Shown: positions 45,738 to 57,139 of the stretch, piece after piece
How positions within the stretch are numbered: the stretch's first letter is position 1
How the letters are laid out: each line of letters starts with the position of its first letter
Assembly (NCBI GenBank): GCA_963806945.1
Contig: CAWDZH010000003.1
Coordinates: 119,958 to 183,957 of the forward strand
Length of the DNA: 64,000 nt
Reading direction: 5' to 3'
DNA from: an uncultured Actinomycetota bacterium
Lineage (GTDB): Bacteria > Actinomycetota > Actinomycetes > Propionibacteriales > Nocardioidaceae
The notes under the pieces: model-generated
What the model saw: only the letters and a program-made list of their open reading frames with translations
Told to the model about the DNA's origin: nothing
Database searches by the model: none
Position numbers and translations under genes: made by a program

Positions 45738-46256
45738 ATGCCCACCATCGGCGTCGCGATCGCCCTGCCGGAGCCCTGGGCCACCGACCTCCAGGAGTAC
45801 CGAACGGCCCTCGGCGACGACACCGCCACTCTGATTCCCACCCACATCACGTTGGTTCCGCCGGTGGAGCTCGCCGACGACGCCATCGAGCGTGCGGAGA
45901 GCCATCTGGCCGAGGTCGCCGCGGCCTCCGACAGCTTCTGCATCCACCTGCGCGGCACCGGCACCTTCCGGCCGATCTCCCCGGTGGTCTTCGTCTCGCT
46001 CGTCGAGGGCATTTCGCAGTGCGAGACGCTCGCCGAACGGGTGCGCAGCGGACCTCTCGACGTCCCGCTCCTGTTCCCCTTCCATCCGCACGTCACCATC
46101 GCCCACCACATGCCCGAGCCCACCCTGGACCGGGCCTTCGAGGAGCTGGCGAGCTTCGACTGCACGTTCGACGCCGAGGCGTTCCATCTCTACCGACACG
46201 ACGAGGAGAGCGGCTGGCGTCCTGCCCGGGACTTCACGCTGGCCACCACCCGATGA
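45738..46256 (+). CDS. 2H phosphoesterase (2'-5' RNA ligase family)
   Basis: Two HxT motifs (HITL and PHVTI). Confidence 0.88.
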   Translation: MPTIGVAIALPEPWATDLQEYRTALGDDTATLIPTHITLVPPVELADDAIERAESHLAEVAAASDSFCIHLRGTGTFRPISPVVFVSLVEGISQCETLAERVRSGPLDVPLLFPFHPHVTIAHHMPEPTLDRAFEELASFDCTFDAEAFHLYRHDEESGWRPARDFTLATTR

Positions 46257-47305
46257 CCACACCCCAGGAACGACTGGCATCCCTGCGGGCCCGCCGCCCC
46301 TTCATCGACCACGTGGTGCGCATGGTCGAGCACTTCGGCGAGGTGAAGGGCAGCCTCCAGGCGGGCGCCGTGACCTACTTCGCTTTCCTGTCGTTCTTCC
46401 CGATCCTGGCCCTCGGCTTCTACGTCGTGGGCAAGGTCGCCAAGTTCTACCCCCAGGCTCAAGACGACCTGGTCGATGCGATCGGCAACGTCTTCCCCGA
46501 GCTGGTGGGCGAGGACGGCGGCATCCCGATCAGCAGTCTCGAGGAGGCGGCCGGTGGCATCGCGCTGGCCGGCATCGCAGGTGTGCTCTACGCCGGCCTC
46601 GGGTGGATCACCGCGATGCGAGCGGCCATGGTGGCCGTCTTCGAGCTGCCCTCCGACGAACAGCTGAACTTCGTGCTCGGCAAGCTCCGCGACCTCGCGG
46701 TGCTGGCCACCATCGGTGCTCTCCTCGTCGTGAGCGTGGCGATCACCGGGTTCGTCTCCGGGTTCGCCGACCTGCTGCTCGGCTGGCTCGGGTTCGACAC
46801 CCAGCTCGACTGGCTGGTGAAGCTGCTGGCGGGGGCGTTGGGCTTCGTGGCCAACGTGGTGCTCTTCTTCGCCCTCTTCCGGCTGCTGGGTCGTCCCCAC
46901 GCGCCGAACCGGTCGTTGTGGTCCGGCGCGCTGCTCGGGGCGATCGCCTTCGAGGCACTCAAGCGGTTGTCCTTCCTCCTGCTCGCTTCGACCCAGAACC
47001 AGCCCGCGTTCCAGGCCTTCGGAGTCGCCCTGATCCTGGTGGTCTGGATCAACTACTTCTCGCGCGTCGTGCTCTACGCCGCGGCGTGGGCCCACACCAC
47101 GCCGGCCGCCCGGGCGCAGCGCGACCGGGAGCGGCTGGAGGCTGACCGGAGTGAGATGAGGATGAAGGAGCTGGCCCACGTCCAGCTGCGGGAGACGCCA
47201 CCGTCAGCCTCCCGCCGCGTCGGCCCGCGGAGCGCGTTTGCCGCCGGCGGGGCCTCGATGCTCGGTCTCGTCGCGCTGCTGCGGCGACGGAAGGACGACT
47301 CGTGA
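46253..47305 (+). CDS. YihY/BrkB-family membrane protein
   Basis: AGAVTYFAFLSFFP, GALLGAI.FE.LK, and FG....LVVWINY.SR..L.AAAW. Confidence 0.88.
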   Translation: MTTPQERLASLRARRPFIDHVVRMVEHFGEVKGSLQAGAVTYFAFLSFFPILALGFYVVGKVAKFYPQAQDDLVDAIGNVFPELVGEDGGIPISSLEEAAGGIALAGIAGVLYAGLGWITAMRAAMVAVFELPSDEQLNFVLGKLRDLAVLATIGALLVVSVAITGFVSGFADLLLGWLGFDTQLDWLVKLLAGALGFVANVVLFFALFRLLGRPHAPNRSLWSGALLGAIAFEALKRLSFLLLASTQNQPAFQAFGVALILVVWINYFSRVVLYAAAWAHTTPAARAQRDRERLEADRSEMRMKELAHVQLRETPPSASRRVGPRSAFAAGGASMLGLVALLRRRKDDS

Positions 47306-47526
47306 AGTTCGAACGCCGCCACGGGCTGCTGTTGCTGGGGGTGGCCCTCTGGAACCTGCTCACGTTCGGCATGTTCGCGCGCAACCTCTCCGCGGCGTAC
47401 GTCGGTGGCGAGGACCGGGCCACCGGTTACTGGGTCGCCCACTCCGTGCTGATCGTCGTCAACGTCGCCATCGCCGCGGTCCTCGGGCGACTGGGCTGGA
47501 AGATCCTGCGCCACCCCTCCCGCTGA
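47302..47526 (+). CDS. Small membrane protein (SCO4848-like)
   Basis: Two TM segments with 'W...F.RN...T.Y..AH.VL'. GTG start overlaps the upstream stop. Confidence 0.7.
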   Translation: MKFERRHGLLLLGVALWNLLTFGMFARNLSAAYVGGEDRATGYWVAHSVLIVVNVAIAAVLGRLGWKILRHPSR

Positions 47527-47545
47527 CCCACTTCGAGTGGGTGTG

Positions 47546-47756
47546 CCGGGGGTTTCGAGGCTCGCTTCGCTCGCACCTCAACCACCGGCGTACGTCGAGG
47601 GCTGCGTTCGCACCTCAACCACCGGCGTTGCCGAGTCGGTGTGGTCCGGTGGTTGAGGTGCGAGGAGCGTTAGCGACGAGCCTCGAAACCCCCGGACTTC
47701 GAGTGAGTGCGCCGGGGGTTTCGAGGCTCGCTTCGCTCGCACCTCAACCACCGGCG
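47546..47756. repeat. Left cluster of 45-nt hairpin (REP/BIME-like) repeats
   Basis: CCGGGGGTTTCGAGGCTCGCTTCGCTCGCACCTCAACCACCGGCG at 47546-47590 and 47712-47756, a 3' half copy at 47608-47627, and an inverted variant at 47646-47695. Confidence 0.92.
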
Positions 47757-47824
47757 GGATCAACCCTCTCCACAGGTCACGTGCCGGCCGGTTTGTGGGA
47801 CCGGGAATCGGGCAGCCACACGGC

Positions 47825-48133
47825 ATGCCGTGGACCTACGTTCTCGAGTGCGCTGACGGGTCGTTCTACGTCGGGAGCACGATCGGCCTCGAACGCCGCC
47901 TCGCCGAGCATCAGCAAGGAATGGGGTCGCGTTACACCGCTCGCCGTGACCGGCTGCCCGTCCGGCTGGCGTGGTCTGGCTACTTCGAGCGGATCGATGA
48001 CGCCTTCTGGTTCGAGAAGCAGGTGCAGGGGTGGAGCCGAGCCAAGCGGATCGCACTCATCGAGGAGCGGTGGGGGGATCTGCCGGAGTTGTCACGGCGG
48101 CCGACGGCCAGAGACGCTCGTACGCCGGAGTGA
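47825..48133 (+). CDS. Stand-alone GIY-YIG nuclease (UPF0213/YhbQ-like)
   Basis: MPWTYVLECADGSFYVGST..LERRLAEH..G.GSRYT..R.PV.L...A...EKQVQGWSRAKRIALI. Confidence 0.9.
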   Translation: MPWTYVLECADGSFYVGSTIGLERRLAEHQQGMGSRYTARRDRLPVRLAWSGYFERIDDAFWFEKQVQGWSRAKRIALIEERWGDLPELSRRPTARDARTPE

Positions 48134-48152
48134 CCTCGGCCAGGGGCAGACT

Positions 48153-48329
48153 CCGGGGGTTTCGAGGCTCGCTTCGCTCGCACCTCAACCACCGGCGTGA
48201 CCTCGGAGGGCGGACTCCGGGGGTTTCGAGGCTCGCTTCGCTCGCACCTCAACCACCGGCGTACGTCGGAGGTGGCTCGCCTCAACCCGGCGAAACGTCG
48301 AGGGCGGGTTCGCACCTCAACCACGGGCG
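48153..48329. repeat. Right cluster of 45-nt hairpin (REP/BIME-like) repeats
   Basis: Identical 45-mers at 48153-48197 and 48217-48261, a degenerate half copy at 48277-48292, and a 3' half copy at 48310-48329. Confidence 0.92.
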
Positions 48330-48341
48330 GTGGTGCTGGGG

Positions 48342-49081
48342 CTACTTGCCGTGGCGCATCGCGGCGTGGAGGTCCCAGTTGAGGCGGGAGATCACGTCGA
48401 GGGGGATCTCCTTGGGGCACGCCGAGGTGCACTCGCCGATGTTGGTGCAACCACCGAAGCCCTCGGCGTCGTGCTGGGCCACCATGTTGACCACCCGGGT
48501 GTCGCGCTCGGCCTGGCCCTGGGGCAGCTCGCCGAGGTGGGTGATCTTGGCGCCGACGAACAGCGACGCCGACCCGTTCGGGCAGGCCGCGACACACGCA
48601 CCGCAGCCGATGCAGGTCGCCACGTCGAAGGCGCGGTCGGCCTTGTCCTTGGGGACGGGGGTGGCGTGGGCGTCCGGAGCGGCGCCGGTGTTGACCGAGA
48701 TGTAGCCACCCTGCTGGATGATGCGGTCGAAGGCCGAGCGGTCGACGACGAGGTCCTTGATGACCGGGAACGCGTCGGCCCGCCACGGCTCGACGGTGAT
48801 GGTGTCGCCGTCGTTGAACGAACGCATGTGGAGCTGGCAGGTCGTCGTCACCTCGGGGCCGTGGGCGTCCCCGTCGATCATCAGCGAGCAGGCGCCGCAG
48901 ATGCCCTCGCGGCAGTCGGAGTCGAAGGCGACCGGCTCCTCGCCATTCTCCTGGAGCTGCTCGTTGAGGACGTCGAGCATCTCCAGGAACGACATGTCCG
49001 GGGAGACGTCGTCCAGCTCGTAGGTGTGGATGCCGCCCTTGTCCGCCTTGTCCAGCTGGCGCCACACCTTCAGAGTCAGCT

Positions 49082-49085
<4 letters not shown>
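48342..49085 (-). CDS. sdhB: Succinate dehydrogenase/fumarate reductase Fe-S subunit
   Basis: [22 protein letters not shown] and [12 protein letters not shown] motifs. Confidence 0.95.
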
Positions 49086-51115
<2,030 letters not shown>

Positions 51116-51135
51116 GGGCTCAGTGGCACCTTTCC

Positions 51136-51834
51136 TCAGTCAATGACGCCGGCGAGGACGAAGATCGGGACCAGGGAGAAGCCGCCGGCAATGACCACGG
51201 CCAGGATGGCTCCGAGGACCTTGGCGTTGCGGCGGGCCTTGGCGTTGTTGGTGAGGCCGAGGGTCTGGGCCGAGCTCCACACCCCGTGGTGCAGGTGCAT
51301 CGCGAGGGCCACCATGGCCACCAGGTAGAGGAGGGTGAGCCACCAGATCTGGAACGTGTCGACCAGGAGGTTGTACGGGTCGTCGTTCGGACCCCCGGTG
51401 GGGTTGATCTTCCCGATCGTGAAGTTCAGCAGGTGCCAGATCAGGAAGAGCAGCAGCGTCACCCCACCCCACCGCATCCAGCGGGAGGAGATCGTCGAGT
51501 GGTTGTTCTTCTTCACGACGTACTTCACGGTGCGTGCGGAGGAGGCACGTCGCCACAGGGTCACCGCGCTGTAGACGTGGACGACCAGCGCGACGATGAG
51601 GCCGACCCGCAGGATCCAGAGCAGCCCGCCGTGGGGGAGCAGGGGCTCACCGATCTCCCGGAGGTGCTCGGCGTACTCGTTGAACGCGTCGTGACCGGCG
51701 AAGACCTTGAGGTTGCCGTACATGTGGGCCAGCACGAAGCCGATGAAGGCGAGGCCGCTCACCGCCATCAACATCTTCAGCGCGATGGTCGAGCGGGTCG
51801 ATCGCGCACCCTTGACCAGAGTCGGAGTTGCCAC
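51136..51834 (-). CDS. sdhC: Succinate dehydrogenase cytochrome b subunit
   Basis: K..MAVSG...HMYGNL, with conserved His residues in TM helices (VVHV, IWHL, MHLHHG). Confidence 0.92.
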   Translation of the reverse strand: MATPTLVKGARSTRSTIALKMLMAVSGLAFIGFVLAHMYGNLKVFAGHDAFNEYAEHLREIGEPLLPHGGLLWILRVGLIVALVVHVYSAVTLWRRASSARTVKYVVKKNNHSTISSRWMRWGGVTLLLFLIWHLLNFTIGKINPTGGPNDDPYNLLVDTFQIWWLTLLYLVAMVALAMHLHHGVWSSAQTLGLTNNAKARRNAKVLGAILAVVIAGGFSLVPIFVLAGVID

Positions 51835-51910
51835 GAACCGAAACGCTACCGTCCCGCGGCGCCCGGAGGGCGCGCGGGGCGTGTGAGATGCGCCCCGAGG
51901 AGGGAGGTCC

Positions 51911-52894
51911 TCAGCGGCGACGACGGATCTCCTCGACGACCGCCGGGACGACCTCGTGCATGTCGCCCACGACGGCGTACGTCGCCCGGGTCATCATCGG
52001 CGCCTCCGGGTCGGTGTTGATCGCCAGGATCGCCTTCGACGACGCGCAGCCCGCCCAGTGCTGGATCGCCCCGCTGATGCCGCAGGCGATGTAGAGGTCC
52101 GGCGAGATCCGGCTGCCGGTCTGCCCGACCTGTTCATGGTGGGGGCGCCACCCGAGACTGGTGACCACCCGGGTCACCCCGACCACGCCGCCGACCAGCT
52201 CGGCGAGCTCGGTGACCGGACCGAATCCGTTCGGCCCGCCGGCGCCACGGCCGGCGCCGACGACGATGCGCGCCGACGTCAGGGCCCCCGACTCGTCGGG
52301 CGTGGCGTCGGTGGTGCGTGCCACCCTCGCGACCAGGTCGGCGGCCGGCACGGTGACCTCCGTCTCGACCCAGGGGGCGGCGTCCGTGCCGCACGTCTCC
52401 GCCTGCCAGGAGTGGCCCGCCACGGTGAGAACGGCCGGCCGGGTCTGCAGGCGCATCTCCTCGAGCGCGGCACCACCGGCGACCTGGCGGCGCACCGTCA
52501 GCGGGGACAGGCCCTCGAAGGTCACCACGTTGGCCGCCATCGGGACTCCGAGCCGCGCCGCGAGGTGGGCCATCACCTCGTTGCCACGCGGGGTTCCGCC
52601 GGCCAGCACGGCGACGGAGCCGGTCTCCTCCCGCACCGCCTCCACGCCGGCCGCCCAGGCAGCGCCGCCGAAGCCGGCGACACCGTCGCCGGTCGCGTGC
52701 CGGACCTCGGCAGCGCCGTGGCGACCCAGCACGTCGGCAATCGCGGCGGGATCAGTCACAGGACCCACGACCAGCGCCCGGACCGCCACGCCGCCGCCGG
52801 TCGCCGACAGGCTCCGGGCCATCGCCAGCGTCTCCAGGGACACCTCGTCGACGCGGGACGTGACCGGGTCGACCTCGCACAGCACCAGGATCAC
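51911..52894 (-). CDS. etfA: Electron transfer flavoprotein alpha subunit
   Basis: VGAGRG, QVGQTG, LYIACGISGAIQH and AINTDPEAP motifs. Confidence 0.93.
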   Translation of the reverse strand: MILVLCEVDPVTSRVDEVSLETLAMARSLSATGGGVAVRALVVGPVTDPAAIADVLGRHGAAEVRHATGDGVAGFGGAAWAAGVEAVREETGSVAVLAGGTPRGNEVMAHLAARLGVPMAANVVTFEGLSPLTVRRQVAGGAALEEMRLQTRPAVLTVAGHSWQAETCGTDAAPWVETEVTVPAADLVARVARTTDATPDESGALTSARIVVGAGRGAGGPNGFGPVTELAELVGGVVGVTRVVTSLGWRPHHEQVGQTGSRISPDLYIACGISGAIQHWAGCASSKAILAINTDPEAPMMTRATYAVVGDMHEVVPAVVEEIRRRR

Positions 52895-53661
52895 GGGACC
52901 ACCGCCATCCCTCGCAGCACGTCGACCACGGCGGCGGCCGCGCCGGGACCCTCGCCCAGCACCTGCGTGCTGCTCGGAGCGGGTGGGGGAAGGTGCCACC
53001 GGACCCGGCCGCTCCCGCTGGCCGTCGTGGCAGGGGGGCGGATCTGGACCTCCACCTTCTTGGCGGCCATCCGTCCCCTCAGCGAGGGGTAGCGTGGCTC
53101 GACCCCGCCCTCGAGCACGGAGGCCACGGCCGGCAACGGAACCTCGTAGGTCTCCTCGCCGTACGGTCCCTTCACCTGCGCGGTCAGTACGCCGTCGCGG
53201 ACCTCGGCACGGCTGGCCCCGGTGACGACCGGGAGGCCGGCGGCGTAAGCCAGCCGGACCGGGACCTGGAAGTCACCGGTGTCGGCGGCGTCGTTCCCGA
53301 GCAGGACCAGGTCGAAGGGTTCGCCGGCGTCCCGTGCCTCGGCCATCACGGCTGCGATCTCGGCGGCGACGTCGGCAGGACCGAGTGCCACCGGATCGGC
53401 CTCCACGAGGACGCCGGCCACGGCTCCCAGTGCCAGCCCCGTACGGATCTGCTCGACCGCCTCGGCCGGCCCCACGCTCAGCACCGTCACCGACCCGGCG
53501 GTGGACTCGGCGATCCGGATCGCGAGCTCGGTGGCACACGCGTCGTGCTCGCCGATCGTGTAGCCGGCGAACCTGCCGTCCATCCCCTGCTCGTCCGGGG
53601 TCAGCACCACCTCGCCGGAGGACTCCACCACCCGCTTGATGGCCACCAGCACTCGGGTCAC
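52891..53661 (-). CDS. etfB: Electron transfer flavoprotein beta subunit
   Basis: VLVAIKRV, DLVLLG..AAD and EPRYPSLRG.MAAKK motifs. GTG start overlaps the upstream stop. Confidence 0.9.
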   Translation of the reverse strand: MTRVLVAIKRVVESSGEVVLTPDEQGMDGRFAGYTIGEHDACATELAIRIAESTAGSVTVLSVGPAEAVEQIRTGLALGAVAGVLVEADPVALGPADVAAEIAAVMAEARDAGEPFDLVLLGNDAADTGDFQVPVRLAYAAGLPVVTGASRAEVRDGVLTAQVKGPYGEETYEVPLPAVASVLEGGVEPRYPSLRGRMAAKKVEVQIRPPATTASGSGRVRWHLPPPAPSSTQVLGEGPGAAAAVVDVLRGMAVVP

Positions 53662-56170
53662 GAGCGGATCCGCTCGTTGTCGGGGTCGAACACCGGCGTC
53701 GCGTCGGCGCTGACGACGGTGACGGGATAGAGCTCCTCCATGTAGGAGACGGCCAGGGAGGTGCCGACCGACGCCTGCTCGGGGGGCAGGTAGGACATCA
53801 GCAGGTGCTGGCCAAGGCTCGGTGCGGAACCGGCCGAGGTGACGTAGGGGTGGTGTCCGTGCCCGTCCATGAGCGGGCCACCGTCGGGGGTGAGGATCGG
53901 TTCCCCGCCGAGCATGTACCGCTTGATCCCCGAGGCGGAGGTGTGGTCGTCGACCGCGAGCGTGCACAGCACGCGCACCGGGTCCTGCTCACGCTGCTTG
54001 AGGTAGGCCTCACGGCCGGTGAAGTCGGCGGCCTTCACCTTGGGCCGCTGCATTCCTGCCTCGACGATGCTGCGCTCGCCGTCGAGCTCGGCACCGAACG
54101 CCCGGTAGCCCTTCTCCAGCCGCCCGCTACCGGTGTAGACGCCGATGCCGACGGGAACCGCACCGTGAGCCGACCCGGCCTCGTGCAGGGCGTGCCAGAG
54201 CTGGGCACCCTGCTCCATCGGGACGTAGAGCTCCCAACCCAGCTCGCCGACGTAGGAGATCCGCGAGGCCAGCACCGCCAGGCTGCCGACCTCGATCGAC
54301 CGGCAGCTCAGGAACCCGAAACCCTCGTGACTGATGTCGGCGGTGGTCAGCTCGCCGAGGACGTCGCGAGCGCGGGGTCCCCACAGCCCGATCGTGGTGT
54401 ACGCCGTGGTCAGGTCCACCACCGCGGCGGCGTACCCGCGGGCGTGGTCGGCGAACCACTTGCGGTCGGCCATGCCGTGGGCGCCACCGGTGACGACGCG
54501 GAAGTGGTCGTGGCCGAGCCGCATCACGGTCAGGTCGGCGCGGAAGCCGCCCCGACCGTCGAGCACCGGGGTGTAGACGACCCGGCCCGGCGCGACGTCG
54601 ACCTGCGCCACGACGGTGCGCTGGACGACGTCGAGGGCCTGCGGGCCCACCACGTCGAAGAGGGCGAACGCCGACAGGTCGACGATGCCGGCCCGCTCGC
54701 GCATCGCGAGGTGCTCGGCGTTGATGATCGGGCTCCACCAGCGGCTGTCCCACTCGTGCTCGCGGGGCATCACCCGGTCGCCGTACTCGGCGAGCAGCGG
54801 CTCGTTGCCGGCGTACCACTGGGGTCGCTCCCACCCGACGGCCTCGAAGAACTCGGCACCGCGCTGACGCTGGTCGGCGTGCATCGGCGCGAGCCGCTTG
54901 CCGCGGTCGGAGGTCCACTGCTCACCCGGGTGGACGATCCCGTAGGTCTTGATGAAGGCCTCCGAGGTGCGCGCCCGGACATGCTCCCGGGTCCGCTGGT
55001 GGTCATGGAACCGGGCGATGTCGCTGTGGTGGATGTCGATCTCGGAGAAACCGTGGGTCATCCACTCCGCGACCGCCCGGCCGACGCCCGGCCCCTCCTT
55101 GATCCACACCGCCGCCGCCGACCACAGGCCACGGACCTCAGGGGTCTCGCCGAGGATGGGAGCACCGTCCGGCGTGAGCGAGAGGAGTCCGTTGATCGCG
55201 TAGCGGATCTCGGCTCCCTCCGCGCCCAGCGCGTCCGGCATCAGCTCCAGTGCGATCTCCAGCTGGGGGTCGAAGTCGTCGGCCGTGAAGGGCATCTCGG
55301 TGGGACTCAGCTTCGCCTGGTCGAGAGAGGGGATCTCCTCCGGGAGGTGCAGGATCGCGCGGTGGGCATAGGAACCCACCTCCATGTCGGCGCCGTGCTG
55401 TCGCTCGTAGCAGAGCGAGTCCATGTCCCGGACGATCGGGAAGGTGATCTCGCCGGTGGTCTCGGCCAGCTGGGGGATGGGACCGACGCTGATCATCTGG
55501 TGCACGGCCGGTGTCAACGGGATCGAGGCTCCCGCCATCGCGGCGAGCGCCGGGACTCCACACGCCGCAGGCGATGACCACCGATTCGCAGGCGATGTCG
55601 CCTCGGTCGGTGCGGACGCCGCGCAGGGCGCCGTCGACGACGTCCATCCCGGTGACCTCGACGTTCGGGACCACGGTGAGGGCACCGGCGGCCTCGGCTC
55701 CCTCACGCATCAGGGTCCCGGCCCGCAACGAGTCCACGACGCCGACCGAGGGTGTCCAGAACGCGCCGAGGCAGCTCCTCGGTCTCGAGGAACGGCACCC
55801 GCTCACGGACCTGCTCCGGGGTGACCAGCTCTGCCTCGATGCCCCAGGCGCGGGCGCTGGACATCCGGCGTCGCAGCTCCTCCATCCGCTCCTCGGTGCG
55901 CGCCAGCTCGTAGCCTCCGCACCGGGTGAAGACACCGAGCTCCTCGTACTGGCGCATCGAGTCCAGCGTGAGGTCGGTGATCTCGCGGGAGTGGTCGACG
56001 GGGAAGATGAAGTTCGACGCGTGCCCGGTCGACCCGCCGGGGTTGGGCAGCGGTCCCTGGTCGAGCTGCACGATGTCGCGCCACCCGAGTTTCGCCAGGT
56101 GGTGGACGAGGCTGTTGCCGACGATGCCGGCACCGATCACGACGACCTTCGCCGACTCGGGCAATGCCAT
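53658..56170 (-). CDS. Dimethylglycine/sarcosine dehydrogenase-like flavoprotein (DAO plus GcvT domains), with +1 frameshifts near 55771 and 55551
   Basis: VIGAGIVG and GSTGHAS in the first frame, AFWTP..G...VVIACGVWSP in a second frame, and LTPDG.P..G, GWERP, ISYVGELGWE and RLEKGY in a third frame. Confidence 0.88.
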
Positions 56171-56198
56171 GGGGACCTCCGAAACGACGGGAACGCAT

Positions 56199-56234
56199 GT
56201 TGCGTGATACGCATCGACACGCGTCATGCGAGAC
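56199..56234. promoter_or_regulatory. Tandem 17-bp operator (GTTGCG-N5-CGCAAC type), site A
   Basis: GTTGCGTGATACGCATC at 56199-56215, with a degenerate partner 19 nt later. Confidence 0.65.
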
Positions 56235-56287
56235 ACGACCACTCTCGGATGTCGGGGCCCCGGTGTCAATGCCCCGCGCGGGCCGGC

Positions 56288-57077
56288 TCAGCGGCGGTGG
56301 CCGGGCCAGCCCAGCGCGAGCGAGACCTCCGTGGCCGCCCCGAGCAGGGGCTCGACGGTGGCGGACATCGTGGCGGCGTCCATCCGGTAGGTGGAGCCGC
56401 TGACGCTCAGGGCGGCGATGACCTCGCCGTGCGCGTCGCGGACCGGCGCAGCCACGGCGCTGAGCCCCTCCTCGAGCTCGTCGACCGCCGTCGCGTACCC
56501 CCGCTCACGGATCTCGGCGAGCTGCCGGTTCAGCGTGGCCCGGCGGGTGATCGTGCGGGAGGTGTAGGTCTCCAGGCGGGGGAGGAGGTCGTCGATCCGG
56601 GCCGGGTCGACGTGGGCCATCAGCACCTTGCCGTTGCTGGTCGCGTGCAGCGGGATGCGTTGCCCCACCCAGTTGTGGGGCTGGAGGGCGGCTTCGCCGG
56701 CGATCTGGTCGAGGTACAGCGCCGCGGACCCGATCAGGACGGCGATGTTGATGGTCTCGCCGGTGGTGGCGGCGAGCTGCCGGCACACGGGCCGCGCCAC
56801 GCGCACGATGTCGGTCCGGGCCGCGGAGGTGCCGGCCATCCTGACCAGCCCCAGGCCGATCCGGTACTTGCCCCGGTCGTCAGCTCTGCTCCACCAGCCC
56901 GCGCGCCTCCAGGGTGCCGATCAGCCGGAAGGCGGTGCTCTTGTGCACGCCGAGCTCGCGCGCCACCTCGGTCACCCCGGCCTCGTCCGTCCTGGCCAGG
57001 ATCTCGAGTATCGTGATGGCTCGGTCCACCGACTGCACGAGGCCGAGATCCCGGCCCTGGTCGACGACGTCACTCAT
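56288..57077 (-). CDS. IclR-family transcriptional regulator, +1 frameshift near 56882
   Basis: HTH '[12 protein letters not shown]...[19 protein letters not shown]' ends at the TGA at 56880. The sequence continues as 'GKYRIG...GETIN...[11 protein letters not shown]...VAAPV' in the next frame. Confidence 0.9.
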
Positions 57078-57097
57078 GGCGAGCACCTTAGTGGTTT

Positions 57098-57133
57098 GTT
57101 GCGCATGACGGAACAGTTTGCGTATGACGCAAC
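57098..57133. promoter_or_regulatory. Tandem 17-bp operator, site B (upstream of iclR)
   Basis: GTTGCGCATGACGGAAC at 57098-57114 and TTTGCGTATGACGCAAC at 57117-57133. Confidence 0.72.
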
Positions 57134-57139
57134 GGGCGA

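Noticed and set aside
47546-48329. CRISPR array interpretation of the 45-nt repeats
   Set aside because: Spacers are short, irregular and homologous to each other, one copy is inverted, several are half copies, and no cas genes are present.
47238-48382. ORFs running through the repeats (e.g. 47238-48200, 47427-47618, 48197-48382)
   Set aside because: They are translations of the repeat DNA (recurring GVSRLASLAPQPPA or VVEVRAKRASKPP) and overlap the real GIY-YIG gene.
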